Source: Planctomycetota bacterium
Lineage (GTDB): Bacteria > Planctomycetota > UBA11346
Length of the DNA: 40,198 nucleotides
NCBI GenBank assembly: GCA_038213805.1
Contig: JBBQSO010000046.1
Span: 1 to 40,198, forward strand
Direction of reading: 5' to 3'
Under the pieces are notes generated by a model. The model saw nothing but the letters and a program-made list of their open reading frames with translations, was not told the DNA's origin and made no database searches. How positions within the stretch are numbered: the stretch's first letter is position 1; every line of letters starts with the position of its first letter. Made by a program: the position numbers and the translations under genes. This document shows, one piece after another, positions 1 through 9,568 of the stretch.

Positions 1-132
<132 letters not shown>

Positions 133-588
133 CTCCGCACCTTGTCCCCCGCACCCCGCACCAGTCGGCTGACCGGCACCCTGGGCCGCCTCGCTTCCCA
201 GACTCTCGACCACTTCCTGGAGATGGCGGCGTTCTTCCTGATGGGCGTGTTCGTGGCTGCCGCGATGCGCACGTGGCTGGGCAACGGCGGTTTCGCCGAA
301 CTCGGCACCGGCACCGTCAGCGGCCCGCTGGTGATGATGGGCGCGGCCTTCGTGCTGTCGCTGTGCGCCGAAGCCGACGCCTTCGTGGCGCGCTCCTTCA
401 CCGAGTTCACCATCCCGGCGCACCTCACCTTCCTGGTCTTCGGCCCGATGTTCGACATCAAGCTTTTCCTGATGTACCGCGCGGTCTTCCGCGGCTGGTT
501 CATCGCCGTGCTGGCCCTGGGCATCGCCGTGCTGGTGGGCCTCTACGTCGCCGTCCTCACCCTGCTCGGCGTCGGCGCCCACCCATGA
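133..588 (+). CDS. Predicted permease, DUF318 (YcgR-like) family, 5'-truncated
   Basis: Hydrophobic ORF with family motifs LSLCAEADAFVARSF and FLVFGPMFDIKL; stop overlaps the next start (ATGA, 585-588). Confidence 0.85.
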   Translation, partial: LRTLSPAPRTSRLTGTLGRLASQTLDHFLEMAAFFLMGVFVAAAMRTWLGNGGFAELGTGTVSGPLVMMGAAFVLSLCAEADAFVARSFTEFTIPAHLTFLVFGPMFDIKLFLMYRAVFRGWFIAVLALGIAVLVGLYVAVLTLLGVGAHP

Positions 589-1496
589 ACCCCACGCGTA
601 TCGTGCAGAGCATCGGCTGGCTCGGCTTCATCTGGATCATCCTGCTCAGCGGCACCGCTTCGTCCTTCATCGCCGGCTGGCAGCGCGACATCCTGATCGC
701 GACCGGCGTGATCTTCGCGCTGCTGGTGCTGTTCGACGGGCTCTTCAACCGCGGTGGCGGCCATGCACACGATCACGACCACGACGATCACGGCCACACT
801 GGCGAGTCATGGATGCAGACCGCGGTGCACCTGCTGCCGCTGTTCCTGTTCGTGGCGGTGGGCGCCACCTCGCTCGGCGCGCAGGCGATCGCGACACTGC
901 GCCAGACCAGCCTTACCACCGGCTCGACCAGCGTGGCAGCGCACCCGGTGCGAGCGGTCGGGTCGGCATCCGCTGCCGTCACTGGCGCGGGCGCGGCGCC
1001 GGCCACCGGCGCCGCCACGGTCGCCGACCCCAGCGCTGTGCCCGCGCCGGAACTCGCCGACGGCAATCCCACGGTACCCGGCTCCCTGCCACCGGCCGCA
1101 CCGCCGGGCGGACCGGCCACCCTGGTCAACCTGCTCGACCTCTACTACCCGGAACGCCACCACGGCGTCACACGCGTCGAGGTGGTCGGCCGCGTCATGC
1201 TGCCCGACGCCGCGCAGCGCGCCGAGATGAAGAAGCACATGCCGGTCGATGATGACCGCGACCTGCAGATGGTGCTCTACCGCTACTGCGTGATGTGCTG
1301 CGCCGCCGACGCCTCGCCGGTCTTCGCGCTGCTGCGCAAGCAGCAACCAGCCGGTCTCGTCACCGACGACTGGGTCAAGGTCACCGGCCACTGGCTGCCA
1401 CCCGTCGGCCTCGGCGATCCCGCGATCCTCGAACTCGAGCGCATCGAGAAGATTCCGGCGCCCAAGGATCCGTATCTGTCGGCGCCGATGAAGTGA
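585..1496 (+). CDS. TIGR03943/DUF1980 (YcgQ-like) putative metal permease subunit, 303 aa
   Basis: ATG at 585 coupled to the DUF318 stop; N-terminal TM helices, His-rich loop HAHDHDHDDHGH, RYCVMCCAADASP, DDWVKVTG, C-terminal PKDPYL; usual partner of DUF318. Confidence 0.85.
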   Translation: MNPTRIVQSIGWLGFIWIILLSGTASSFIAGWQRDILIATGVIFALLVLFDGLFNRGGGHAHDHDHDDHGHTGESWMQTAVHLLPLFLFVAVGATSLGAQAIATLRQTSLTTGSTSVAAHPVRAVGSASAAVTGAGAAPATGAATVADPSAVPAPELADGNPTVPGSLPPAAPPGGPATLVNLLDLYYPERHHGVTRVEVVGRVMLPDAAQRAEMKKHMPVDDDRDLQMVLYRYCVMCCAADASPVFALLRKQQPAGLVTDDWVKVTGHWLPPVGLGDPAILELERIEKIPAPKDPYLSAPMK

Positions 1497-1500
1497 GACA

Positions 1501-1649
1501 GTCCGGAGGTCCGGAGGTCCGGAAGTCCGGAGGTCTCGTGGCGCGAGGTTTCGCGAGATTCTCCACGCCTGGAATAGCGACAATGCCGGGCCTGGGAACC
1601 GCTCCCCGCAGCAGGACTTCCGGACCTCCGGACTCCCGGACTTCCGGAC
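1501..1649. repeat. Inverted-arm element: 4x GTCCGGA(G/A) octamer arm, 79-bp spacer, 4x inverted octamer arm
   Basis: Left arm 1501-1535 (GTCCGGAG,GTCCGGAG,GTCCGGAA,GTCCGGAG,GTC); right arm 1615-1649 (GAC,TTCCGGAC,CTCCGGAC,TCCCGGAC,TTCCGGAC); fills the gap between convergent stop codons. Confidence 0.9.
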
Positions 1650-1653
1650 GATC

Positions 1654-2730
1654 TCACTCGATCTCCTCCTCGAAGCGCGCCTCGACCTCGACCGTACGCT
1701 GCCCGGAGTCACCGTGACGCTGGCGGTCGATGGCGTCCACGCAGGCGCGCAGCACCTCGCGCGCGTCGAAGCCCAGGCGGCGCATCGGCAGGACGCTGGG
1801 CACCGCCCACGGGAAGTTGCAATGCGCGACCACTTCGAGGTCGCCGGGCACGGCGATCCCGGCGGCGACCAGGCCGGCGGTGACGTGCTCGACCAGGTTG
1901 TCGTCGCTGACCAGCAGCGCGTCGGGGCGGTCGGCCGGCGCCGCCGCCATCAGCAGGTGGGCGATCTGGCGCGCGCCCTGCGCGGCGGCCGGGCTCACGC
2001 CGTGCAGCCAGTAGGGCCGCGTGACCAGTCCGCGCGCCGCGAGGCCGGCGTGCAGCTCCTTCTGAAAGGCGCCGGTGTGCCCGGGCACGCCGATCAGCGC
2101 GAAGCGGCGCCGACCACAGGCCTGGAAGTGGTCGAGGGCCTTGGCCAGGAACGAGCCCGCGCTCAGCGACAGCGCGGCCAGACGCTGATCCCCGGCCGCG
2201 TCCATGATCGCGATGCGTGGCAGCTCCGGATCGTCGAGCAGCGGCGTGTGGCCGAGGTTGAACGGGTGCGCGGCGAAGATCAGGCCGGCCAGGCGATGGT
2301 CGCGGACCTGGCCGATGAGATTGCGGTAGTCAGGTGCGTCAGGGCGCCCGTCGACGTCGTAGAACGAGGAGATGCTCCACGAATCCGTCCGTCGCGCCGC
2401 CAGGGCCTCATTGCCCAGGGCGGTCCAGAAGCGCACCCAGCCGGGCGCGCCCGGTGCGAGCGGGAAGACCAGCGCATAGCGGCTGGCGTGCGGCGGACGG
2501 TCCGCGACGAATGTGCCCTGGCGGCCGCGCGCAACTACGAAGCCGTCGCCGATCAGGCGGTCGAGCGCGCGCTGCACGGTGACGCTGCTGACCGCGAACC
2601 GCTCCTGCAGGGCGGTGCGTGTCGGCAGGCGCGCGCCCGGCGCGAGCTGGCGCGAGAGGATGCTGCGGCGCAGCTCGTCGACGATGCCGTCCTGCTTGAC
2701 GGGGGGGCGGGTGATGAGGCGGGTGGTCAC
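1654..2730 (-). CDS. GntR-family regulator with LacI/periplasmic-binding-type C-terminal domain, 358 aa
   Basis: GTG start at 2730; wHTH signature LAPGARLPTRTALQERFAVSSVTVQRALDRLIGDGFVVARGRQGTFV; C-terminal RPDALLVSDD...GIAVPGDLEVV as in LacI ligand domains. Confidence 0.9.
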   Translation of the reverse strand: MTTRLITRPPVKQDGIVDELRRSILSRQLAPGARLPTRTALQERFAVSSVTVQRALDRLIGDGFVVARGRQGTFVADRPPHASRYALVFPLAPGAPGWVRFWTALGNEALAARRTDSWSISSFYDVDGRPDAPDYRNLIGQVRDHRLAGLIFAAHPFNLGHTPLLDDPELPRIAIMDAAGDQRLAALSLSAGSFLAKALDHFQACGRRRFALIGVPGHTGAFQKELHAGLAARGLVTRPYWLHGVSPAAAQGARQIAHLLMAAAPADRPDALLVSDDNLVEHVTAGLVAAGIAVPGDLEVVAHCNFPWAVPSVLPMRRLGFDAREVLRACVDAIDRQRHGDSGQRTVEVEARFEEEIE

Positions 2731-2743
2731 AGGGGGATCCCGG

Positions 2744-2813
2744 GCTGATGGCTGATGGCTGATAGCTGATAGCTGATAGCTGATAGCTGATGGCTGATAG
2801 CTGATGGCTGATG
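2744..2813. repeat. Tandem heptamer array (GCTGAT[A/G]) x10
   Basis: Ten consecutive units counted from 2744 to 2813, between the stop of the large secreted-protein gene and the GntR start. Confidence 0.95.
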
Positions 2814-2833
2814 GCGCGCTGCGTTCCGCGCGT

Positions 2834-5800
2834 TCACGGATCAAAGATGAACGTGCCCCACAGGGCGGGGGTGAGCTCGGCCTCACCCGGGATGTCGTTG
2901 ACCAGGCCGGTGGCCTGGTTGCTCCAGTAGCGACGCGAGACGGTCTGGGTGCCGCCATCGTCGGCGGCGAGCACACCGAGGTCGCCGGCGACGGCCAAGC
3001 CGGCGGCGGGGACGAGGCCGAGGCGCGGCCACGGCACCGCCGCCTCGACCAGGAAGCCGCCGGCGCAGGGTGCCACGGCGATGGCGACGTCGTCGAGGCG
3101 CACCACCTGATCGAAGAAGACACTGCGCGTGGGCGAGGCGAAGCGCACGCGCCGCTCCGCCGCGGTGCCCGGCACCTGCATGCGGTAGAGTACCGCCTGT
3201 GGCTTGCCGGCGATGGCGCTGACCAGCAGGCGCAGCGGGCCGGCGGGGGTGGCGAGCATGAGATCGACGGCGTCGCCGGTCTTGAACAGCAGGGTCTCGT
3301 CCTGGCCGGCGTTGCGCAGGTGATCGGCGGGCGCCGCCACCCGCCAGGCCAGGTGCAGGAGCTGCGCGTCCCAGCGCAGCTGCGCGCGCGCCGGGCGTGG
3401 GCCATCGCCGCCGATGGGCGCGAGGGCGGTCGCGCCGGTCGCATCGGCCGCCGCGGGCGGCGCCGCGAACAGCTCGGGCCATGCCGCGGGCGCCGCCGCC
3501 ACCGCGGCCGTGCCATCGGCGCGCGCGATGCGCAGGCGGCGCGGCACCTGACCGGTCGCCGCGTGCCCCAGCGCGCGGCGCTGCGCGACCTCAAACTGCG
3601 CGGGCGTGTAGGTGAAGGCACCGGCGAAGCGCACGATGCCGTCGAGGCCGGTGACCTCGATGACGCGGGCGTCGGTGGTGCCGATAGTAAGCAGCACGCG
3701 GCCGTCCGCAGCACGGATGAAATTGCCGCCGAACGATTCGCCGTTGGCGGTGGTCGCGTCCATCGGCATGCCGTGCACCGCGCGCTCCGGCCGTGCAAAA
3801 CCACCGCGCACGTCCTTGAACAGCGCCTGGATGAACAGCAGGTCATTGGTCAGCAGGTAGTTTTCGCCGAGGTTGCCGTTGAGATCGATGATCTCGCCGC
3901 CGCCGACGTCGACCGCGCCGAGGAATGACGACGGCCCGATGAGCAAGCCCGGCCGCGCCGCGGTCGCGCGGTGCGAGCCGTGCACGCCCAGGAAGCGGTT
4001 GGGGTACGTGGCCAGGATGCGGCCGTCCGCCTCGACCGCGGTCAGCGGCTCCTGGTTGAGGTAGGTGCGCGCCCCGGCGCCGGCCATGATCATGCCCTCG
4101 CCACCGGCCGGCCCGTCCAGCACCAGCGGCAGCAGACGTGCGTGTGCGAGGTCGTAGCGCGGTGCGGCGCAGGCGGTGGCGCCCACCACCGGCAGCTGCA
4201 CCAGCTGCCGGCCGTCGGCGGCCATCAGCGTCACCATGCCGTCTTCGTCCGGCAGCGCGCCCCAGTAGTACGGACGCAGCGCGATGGCCCTGCCCGCCGC
4301 GTCGTGCACGCCGAACTGCAGCTCACCCGCCTGCACCCGGCCATCGCCGTCGGCGTCGCACCACGCGAAGACCTCGCCCGCGTGCCCGGCGAAGAGCGGA
4401 CTGCGGTAGGCGGTGAGGCCGTCGTCGTCACCGGGCCGCACCACGCCGATGCGCGCCGCGGCGCGCCAGCGGCCGTCGCCGTCGCGCAGCGTCGCCTGCA
4501 CCGAGTCGCCGCTACGCGCCACCCCGGGCGAGAACACCCACAGCGCGTCGTCGTGGCGCACCACCCGGCAACGCGCGGTGTCGGAGATGTCGAGCAGCGG
4601 CGGGAACAGCTCGTCCGGCGCGCCGCTGGCGCCCAGCGAATAGACCGGCCGCGAGGTGCCCAGCAGCGGATCAAGCCGGTAGACGGCGCTGGTCGCGAAG
4701 CCCATGGTCGGGTCGAAGGGATTGAGCGCCCCGGCCGCCGCGTAGCGCGTGGTGCCGATCAGGTCGCGGCGCAGCGCGCCCGCCGGCGTCCACACGCTGA
4801 CGCGCTTGGGATTGACGGTCTCTTCCGCGACCCACAGGTCGCCGCGCGCGTCGATCGCCAGTCCGGCTGGCTGGCGCATGCCCCCGTCGATGAACGCACC
4901 CTGGGCCGGACGGCCGCCGCGCACGCCGATCTCGCCCCGCTGGACACCGTCCGCATCCAGCACCAGCACCTGCTGGCGCGCGCCGCGCACCGCGACGTGG
5001 ATGCGCAGCTGCGCATCGACGGCCAGCGCGGTGGCGTCGGCGAAGTCGCCGACGACTACGTGCGGCACCGGCCCGGCAGGCTCCGCGAGGCGCGCGGCGG
5101 CGATGCGCAGCAGCTGCGCGCCGTCCAGCACCAGCAGGTCGTCGCCGGCGAAGGCGAGCGCGCGCGGCGCGGCGCACGCGATGGTCGCCTGCACCGCGCC
5201 GCTGGCGCTGTCGAGCAGCTTGACCTGGTGCTCGCCGGTCAGGGCGATGGCCAGGCGGCCCCCGTGCACCGCCAGCGCGGTGAGGTTGCCAAGCGGCCCG
5301 CGCGGCGCCTGCGATACCGGCAGGTCGAGCACGCGGTAGTCGCGGCCCTGGGCGTCACGCGCGGTCGCCGTCCACGGCGCGTAGCGGCCGGTGGCGAGCT
5401 CGACGCGGTAGACGGTGGCGGTGGCGCCGTCGTTGGCCACCCACAGCACGGTGCCGTCGGTGGCAAGCGCGATGTGGCGCAGGTCGCCGCTGCCGCGGTT
5501 TCCCAGGCCCCAGCGGCGGTGCCCGTCCAGGTCGCAGCCGATCAGGTGCTGCCCGGCCTCGCCCATCGGACAGGCGAGCGCGACCCCGTCGCCGCCCGCC
5601 GCGACCGCCTGCGGGTTGGTGTGGTCGGCGTAGAACGCGCCGCGCCCGTCCGGGGTGTCCCAGGTCGGGTCGCCGGGATTCGCGAAGGACATCGCATAGC
5701 GCGTGTGGATGCCGTCGTGGTGCAGCGCGGTGTAGCGGTAGTCGCCCGGCGGCAGCGCGTGGCCGGCATCGTCGAGGCCGTCCCAGGACACCTGGTTCGC

Positions 5801-6715
5801 CCCCGCCGGGTACGGCCGTGCGGCCACCAGGTTGCGCACGCGGCGTCCGTGCGCGTCATCGATCGCGAGGGTGACGCGCGCCGGCGCAGGCAGGTCGAAG
5901 GGAATGGTGACGGCAGCGTCCACCGCTTCCGTCTGCTCGCTGGCCGGCGCCGCCGCCGCGCTCGGCGCGAGGTGCCCGCTGCGCTCCAGGGTCACCGGTC
6001 CCCAGGCGCTGGGATCGGTGAAGAAGAACTCGCGCTGGGTGCGGCCGGGCGCAAGGTTGTCGGCATAGCGGTGCACCGGCCAGTCGGCCTCGCCCCACAG
6101 CAGCTCGACACCGCAGGCCAGGGTGTCGCCGGCGACATATTTGCGATGCTCGGTGATCAGCGCCCACGGCAGGCGCAGTTCCTGGACATAGCCCTTACCA
6201 TCCGCATCGGCGACGAAGGCCGCGGCGGCGCCCTCGGCCAGCTCCCAGCCGTGCACGCGAAACAGCGCCTTGCCGCCGCCACCGAAGGCCTCGGTCATGC
6301 CCTTGCCGTAGTCGATGCCGATGAAGGGCTCCTGGTGGGGCGCGTAGTACCACGAGGTCACGTGCGCGATGCGGTCGGTGCGGATGCGCAGCTGCACCGC
6401 GTCGCCCGACCAGCCGCGATCCGTCTGGTAGCGCGGGTCATGGCTGTTGCCGAGCGGCTGCTGGTCCTTCCAGCGGATGGCGACGTAGAGATTGTCCGCG
6501 TCGTACATGAGCGCGACCTGCGCCGCATAGGTGTCGGCGAGGCTGTCCAGGTCGTAGCACATCGGCACCGCGCCCGAGAGGTCCCAGTCGGCAAGCGTGC
6601 CGTCGATGACCACCGGCCCGGGCGCGGGCACAGCGCGCATACCGTGGTTGTCGGTCTGCTGCGCCGTAATGCAGCGTGAGCAGAGGAGCAGCAGACAGGT
6701 CAGGAGGCTACGCAT
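2834..6715 (-). CDS. Large secreted protein (1293 aa): signal peptide, CBM9-like domain, FlgD-type Ig domain, NHL/beta-propeller region, C-terminal CBM9-like domain
   Basis: MRSLLTCLLLLCSRCITA signal; VVIDGTLADW and YDADNLYVAIRWKD (CBM9-like); VTLAIDDAHGRRVRNL...VSWDGLDDAGHALPPGDY (FlgD Ig); QPAGLAIDARGDLWVAE (NHL-like); DADGDG Ca-binding-like motif; LFKTGDAVDL...VEAAVPW. Confidence 0.8.
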   Translation of the reverse strand: MRSLLTCLLLLCSRCITAQQTDNHGMRAVPAPGPVVIDGTLADWDLSGAVPMCYDLDSLADTYAAQVALMYDADNLYVAIRWKDQQPLGNSHDPRYQTDRGWSGDAVQLRIRTDRIAHVTSWYYAPHQEPFIGIDYGKGMTEAFGGGGKALFRVHGWELAEGAAAAFVADADGKGYVQELRLPWALITEHRKYVAGDTLACGVELLWGEADWPVHRYADNLAPGRTQREFFFTDPSAWGPVTLERSGHLAPSAAAAPASEQTEAVDAAVTIPFDLPAPARVTLAIDDAHGRRVRNLVAARPYPAGANQVSWDGLDDAGHALPPGDYRYTALHHDGIHTRYAMSFANPGDPTWDTPDGRGAFYADHTNPQAVAAGGDGVALACPMGEAGQHLIGCDLDGHRRWGLGNRGSGDLRHIALATDGTVLWVANDGATATVYRVELATGRYAPWTATARDAQGRDYRVLDLPVSQAPRGPLGNLTALAVHGGRLAIALTGEHQVKLLDSASGAVQATIACAAPRALAFAGDDLLVLDGAQLLRIAAARLAEPAGPVPHVVVGDFADATALAVDAQLRIHVAVRGARQQVLVLDADGVQRGEIGVRGGRPAQGAFIDGGMRQPAGLAIDARGDLWVAEETVNPKRVSVWTPAGALRRDLIGTTRYAAAGALNPFDPTMGFATSAVYRLDPLLGTSRPVYSLGASGAPDELFPPLLDISDTARCRVVRHDDALWVFSPGVARSGDSVQATLRDGDGRWRAAARIGVVRPGDDDGLTAYRSPLFAGHAGEVFAWCDADGDGRVQAGELQFGVHDAAGRAIALRPYYWGALPDEDGMVTLMAADGRQLVQLPVVGATACAAPRYDLAHARLLPLVLDGPAGGEGMIMAGAGARTYLNQEPLTAVEADGRILATYPNRFLGVHGSHRATAARPGLLIGPSSFLGAVDVGGGEIIDLNGNLGENYLLTNDLLFIQALFKDVRGGFARPERAVHGMPMDATTANGESFGGNFIRAADGRVLLTIGTTDARVIEVTGLDGIVRFAGAFTYTPAQFEVAQRRALGHAATGQVPRRLRIARADGTAAVAAAPAAWPELFAAPPAAADATGATALAPIGGDGPRPARAQLRWDAQLLHLAWRVAAPADHLRNAGQDETLLFKTGDAVDLMLATPAGPLRLLVSAIAGKPQAVLYRMQVPGTAAERRVRFASPTRSVFFDQVVRLDDVAIAVAPCAGGFLVEAAVPWPRLGLVPAAGLAVAGDLGVLAADDGGTQTVSRRYWSNQATGLVNDIPGEAELTPALWGTFIFDP

Positions 6716-6757
6716 GGCGGCTCCGTAGGAACGCTTCGACGAGGCTCTATGAACTGG

Positions 6758-6784
6758 TATCTCATCGATAGATTGTGAATCAAT
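6758..6784. promoter_or_regulatory. AT-rich dyad/promoter region upstream of the secreted-protein and GntR unit
   Basis: TATC-N5-GATA (6758-6770) and ATCT-N7-AGAT (6759-6773) dyads, next to a TTGATT -35-like hexamer on the minus strand (6778-6783). Confidence 0.35.
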
Positions 6785-6904
6785 AGGCGTCTTCGGGGGT
6801 GGTAGGCGGTGCTCACGACCATGAACTCTCCCACGCGCTGCGGAGCGATACAAAGTCCCAGGGTTCCCCCCACCTCCGTGAGCGGTATCCTTGGGGTCCC
6901 CTCT

Positions 6905-7138
6905 ATGAGCACGACCCCGCCCACACCTCCGCCACACCGCCTCTCCCTGAACATCGCCGGCATGACCTGCGGTGGCTGTGCGGGGGCGGTGACCGCCGCG
7001 TTGCGCGCGGTCCCTGGTGCTGGTGATGTGCGCGTCGACCTGCCCACCGGCCAAGCGCTGGTGGAAGCCGTCCCGACGCTGCGTCCAGCCCTCGTCGCCG
7101 CGGTGGAGCGCGCGGGTTTCCGCGTCGCCGCCGGATGA
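6905..7138 (+). CDS. copZ: Heavy-metal-associated domain copper chaperone (CopZ-like), 77 aa
   Basis: [12 protein letters not shown] motif, ends AVERAGF; overlaps the ATPase start (ATGA). Confidence 0.85.
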   Translation: MSTTPPTPPPHRLSLNIAGMTCGGCAGAVTAALRAVPGAGDVRVDLPTGQALVEAVPTLRPALVAAVERAGFRVAAG

Positions 7139-9384
7139 CCACCGCCATCGCCGCCACCGAGCACCTGCGCGTCGCGCTGGTCGAGGGCCTGCACTGCGCC
7201 TCGTGCGTGACGCGCGCCGAGCGCGTGCTGGGCGGCATCCCCGGCGTGGTCGGGGCCGACGTCAACCTCGCCACGCGCGAGGCGCGCGTCGAGTTCAGCC
7301 CCGCGACGGCCTCCAGTGCCTCGATCCTCACCCGCCTCGCCGACGCCGGCTTCACCCCCCTGCTGCTGACCGGCGCCGCGGGCGGCGCGACGCCGGCCGA
7401 CCCCCTGCCCGCGCTCGCCTGGCGCGCCGGGGCGGCGCTGCTGCTGGCGCTGCCGGTGCTGGTCCTCGGCATGCTCCACCACCGCGGCCCGGCGGGTGAC
7501 CTGGTCCAGCTCGTGCTCACCGTGGCGGTGCTGGCCGGACCGGGACGCATGATCTTCGTCGCCGCCCTGAACGGCGCCCGGCATCTGCGCGCCGACATGG
7601 ACACGCTGATCGCCCTGGGCAGCGGCGCCGCCGCGCTGTTCAGCGCCAGCGCCCTGGTCCCCGGTCTGTGGGCCGTGCCACCACCGGTGTTCTTCGAATC
7701 CGCAGCGGCCACCGTCGCGGTGGTCCTGGCCGGGCGCTGGCTCGAGGCGCGCGCGCGCACGCGCACCGGCGCCGCGCTCGCCGCGCTGCTCGAACGCCGG
7801 CCGCCCACCGCCGTGCGCCTCGGCGCGGACGACGCGGAGGAGACCGTGCTGCTCGGCGCGGTGGCGGTGGGCGACCGCCTGCGCGTGCGCCCCGGCGAGC
7901 GCGTGCCGGTCGACGGCGAGATCCTGCACGGGCAGAGCGCGGTCGAGGAGGCGATGCTCACCGGCGAGCCCATGCCGGTGACCAAGGGGCCCGGCGACAG
8001 CGTGGTCGGCGGCACCACCAACCAGGACGGCAGCTTCGTCATGCGCGCCGCGCGCGTCGGCGCCGACACCGTGCTCGCGCGCCTCGCCGCGCTGGTGCGC
8101 GAGGCGCAGGGCGCCAAACCGCCGATCGCGCGCCTCGCCGACCGCCTCAGCGCGCGCTTCGTGCCGGTGGTGCTGGGACTCGCCGCACTGACCGCGGCGG
8201 TGTGGCTGGCGCTCGGCCACGATCCGGCGCTGGCGCTGCGCGCCGCGGCCAGCGTGCTGCTGATCTCCTGCCCGTGCGCGCTCGGCCTGGCCACGCCCAC
8301 CGCGGTGATGGTCGCGGTCGGGCGCGCCGCGCAGCTCGGCGTGCTGCTGCGCGACGGCGAGGCGCTTGAAAGCGCGGCCCGGCTCGACCTCATCGCGCTC
8401 GACAAGACCGGTACGCTGACCATGGGCCGCCCAGCGGTCAGCGCGGTGCAGGTCGATCCACCGTGGCGCGTCAACGAGGTCCTGCGCCTGGCCGAGTCGG
8501 TCGAGGCCGGCAGCGAGCACCCCATCGCGCACGCCATCCGCACCGCCGCCGCGCCGCTCCATCCGTTCTTCGCGAATGCCACGCTGCCGCTCGCCGAGGA
8601 ATTCCGCGCGGTCGCGGGCGGCGGTGTCAGCGCCGTGGTCGAGCACCGCCAGGTACTGGTCGGCAGCGCGCGTTTCCTGGTCGAACAGGGCGTCACCGGC
8701 GACCTGCTCAAGCTCAGCGGCGAGGAAGGCCCGGACACCGGCTGCACCGCCGTGCACGTCGCCATCGACGGGAATTGCATCGGCCTGATCACCATCGCCG
8801 ACGCGCTGCGTCCGGAGGCCGCGCGCACCGTCGCCGCGCTGCGCGGGCTCGGCCTGGAGGTGGTCATGCTTACCGGTGACCAGGCCGCGCCGGCGCGCGC
8901 GCTGGCGGCGCGCGTCGGCATCGCCACGGTCGAAGCCCAGGCCCGCCCCGAGGACAAGTTCCGCCTGGTACGCACCTGGCAGCAGGCCGGGCGGCGCGTC
9001 GGCATGGTCGGCGATGGCGTCAACGACGCCCCGGCCCTGGCCGGCGCCGACGTCGGCTTCGCCATGGGCGGCGGCGCCGACCTCGCCAGCGCGGTCGGCG
9101 ACGTGATCCTGCCCGGCGGACATATCGACCGCCTGCCGGTGGCCATCGCCCTGGCCCGCGCGGCCATGCGCACCATCCGCCGCAATCTCGCCGGCGCCTT
9201 CGCCTACAACGTGCTCGCCATCCCCCTCGCCGCCGGGGTGCTCTACCCGTGGACGGGCTGGCTGCTCGATCCCATGGTCGCCGCCGCGGCGATGGCGGCG
9301 TCGTCGCTCACGGTGGTGGCCAGCAGCCTGCGCCTGCGCAGCTTCCGCCCGGATGTCGCCGCTCCCGCAGTGCGGGATGACTGA
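7135..9384 (+). CDS. copA: Cu(I)-translocating P1B-type ATPase
   Basis: GLHCASC metal-binding domain, [36 protein letters not shown] and MAASS transmembrane ligands. Confidence 0.95.
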   Translation: MTTAIAATEHLRVALVEGLHCASCVTRAERVLGGIPGVVGADVNLATREARVEFSPATASSASILTRLADAGFTPLLLTGAAGGATPADPLPALAWRAGAALLLALPVLVLGMLHHRGPAGDLVQLVLTVAVLAGPGRMIFVAALNGARHLRADMDTLIALGSGAAALFSASALVPGLWAVPPPVFFESAAATVAVVLAGRWLEARARTRTGAALAALLERRPPTAVRLGADDAEETVLLGAVAVGDRLRVRPGERVPVDGEILHGQSAVEEAMLTGEPMPVTKGPGDSVVGGTTNQDGSFVMRAARVGADTVLARLAALVREAQGAKPPIARLADRLSARFVPVVLGLAALTAAVWLALGHDPALALRAAASVLLISCPCALGLATPTAVMVAVGRAAQLGVLLRDGEALESAARLDLIALDKTGTLTMGRPAVSAVQVDPPWRVNEVLRLAESVEAGSEHPIAHAIRTAAAPLHPFFANATLPLAEEFRAVAGGGVSAVVEHRQVLVGSARFLVEQGVTGDLLKLSGEEGPDTGCTAVHVAIDGNCIGLITIADALRPEAARTVAALRGLGLEVVMLTGDQAAPARALAARVGIATVEAQARPEDKFRLVRTWQQAGRRVGMVGDGVNDAPALAGADVGFAMGGGADLASAVGDVILPGGHIDRLPVAIALARAAMRTIRRNLAGAFAYNVLAIPLAAGVLYPWTGWLLDPMVAAAAMAASSLTVVASSLRLRSFRPDVAAPAVRDD

Positions 9385-9401
9385 CAGCCGAAACGGCTAG
9401 C

Positions 9402-9543
9402 ACCGCCAAGCCGCACGGACGGCACGGACCGCTGGCAGGCGCGCAAGCCCTGTCCCTCGTGCGGGCTGTTGAACGGCATCGCCGACGCGATCAGCTTGGG
9501 ACGCACTGCGGCTGTCCCCTTGGCGCCTTGGCGTCATGGCGGT
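9402..9543. repeat. Degenerate inverted-arm intergenic element (ACCGCCAAG ... CTTGGCG-CTTGGCG-CATGGCGGT)
   Basis: Left ACCGCCAAG (9402-9410) is complementary at 8/9 positions to CATGGCGGT (9535-9543); right arm 9519-9543 is a tandem of CTTGGCG-like units; a small GCACGGAC duplication follows the left arm. Confidence 0.55.
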
Positions 9544-9568
9544 TCTATCACTTGAGGATCGTCTCCTG

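Noticed and set aside
2731..3846. 730-aa extended version of the GntR ORF reading through the heptamer array
   Set aside because: The extension overlaps the large secreted-protein gene in another frame and is low-complexity; the HTH starts right after GTG 2730.
6870..6890. CsoR/CueR operator upstream of copZ (ACC-N9-GGT)
   Set aside because: Only a 3-bp dyad with atypical spacing; not distinguishable from chance.
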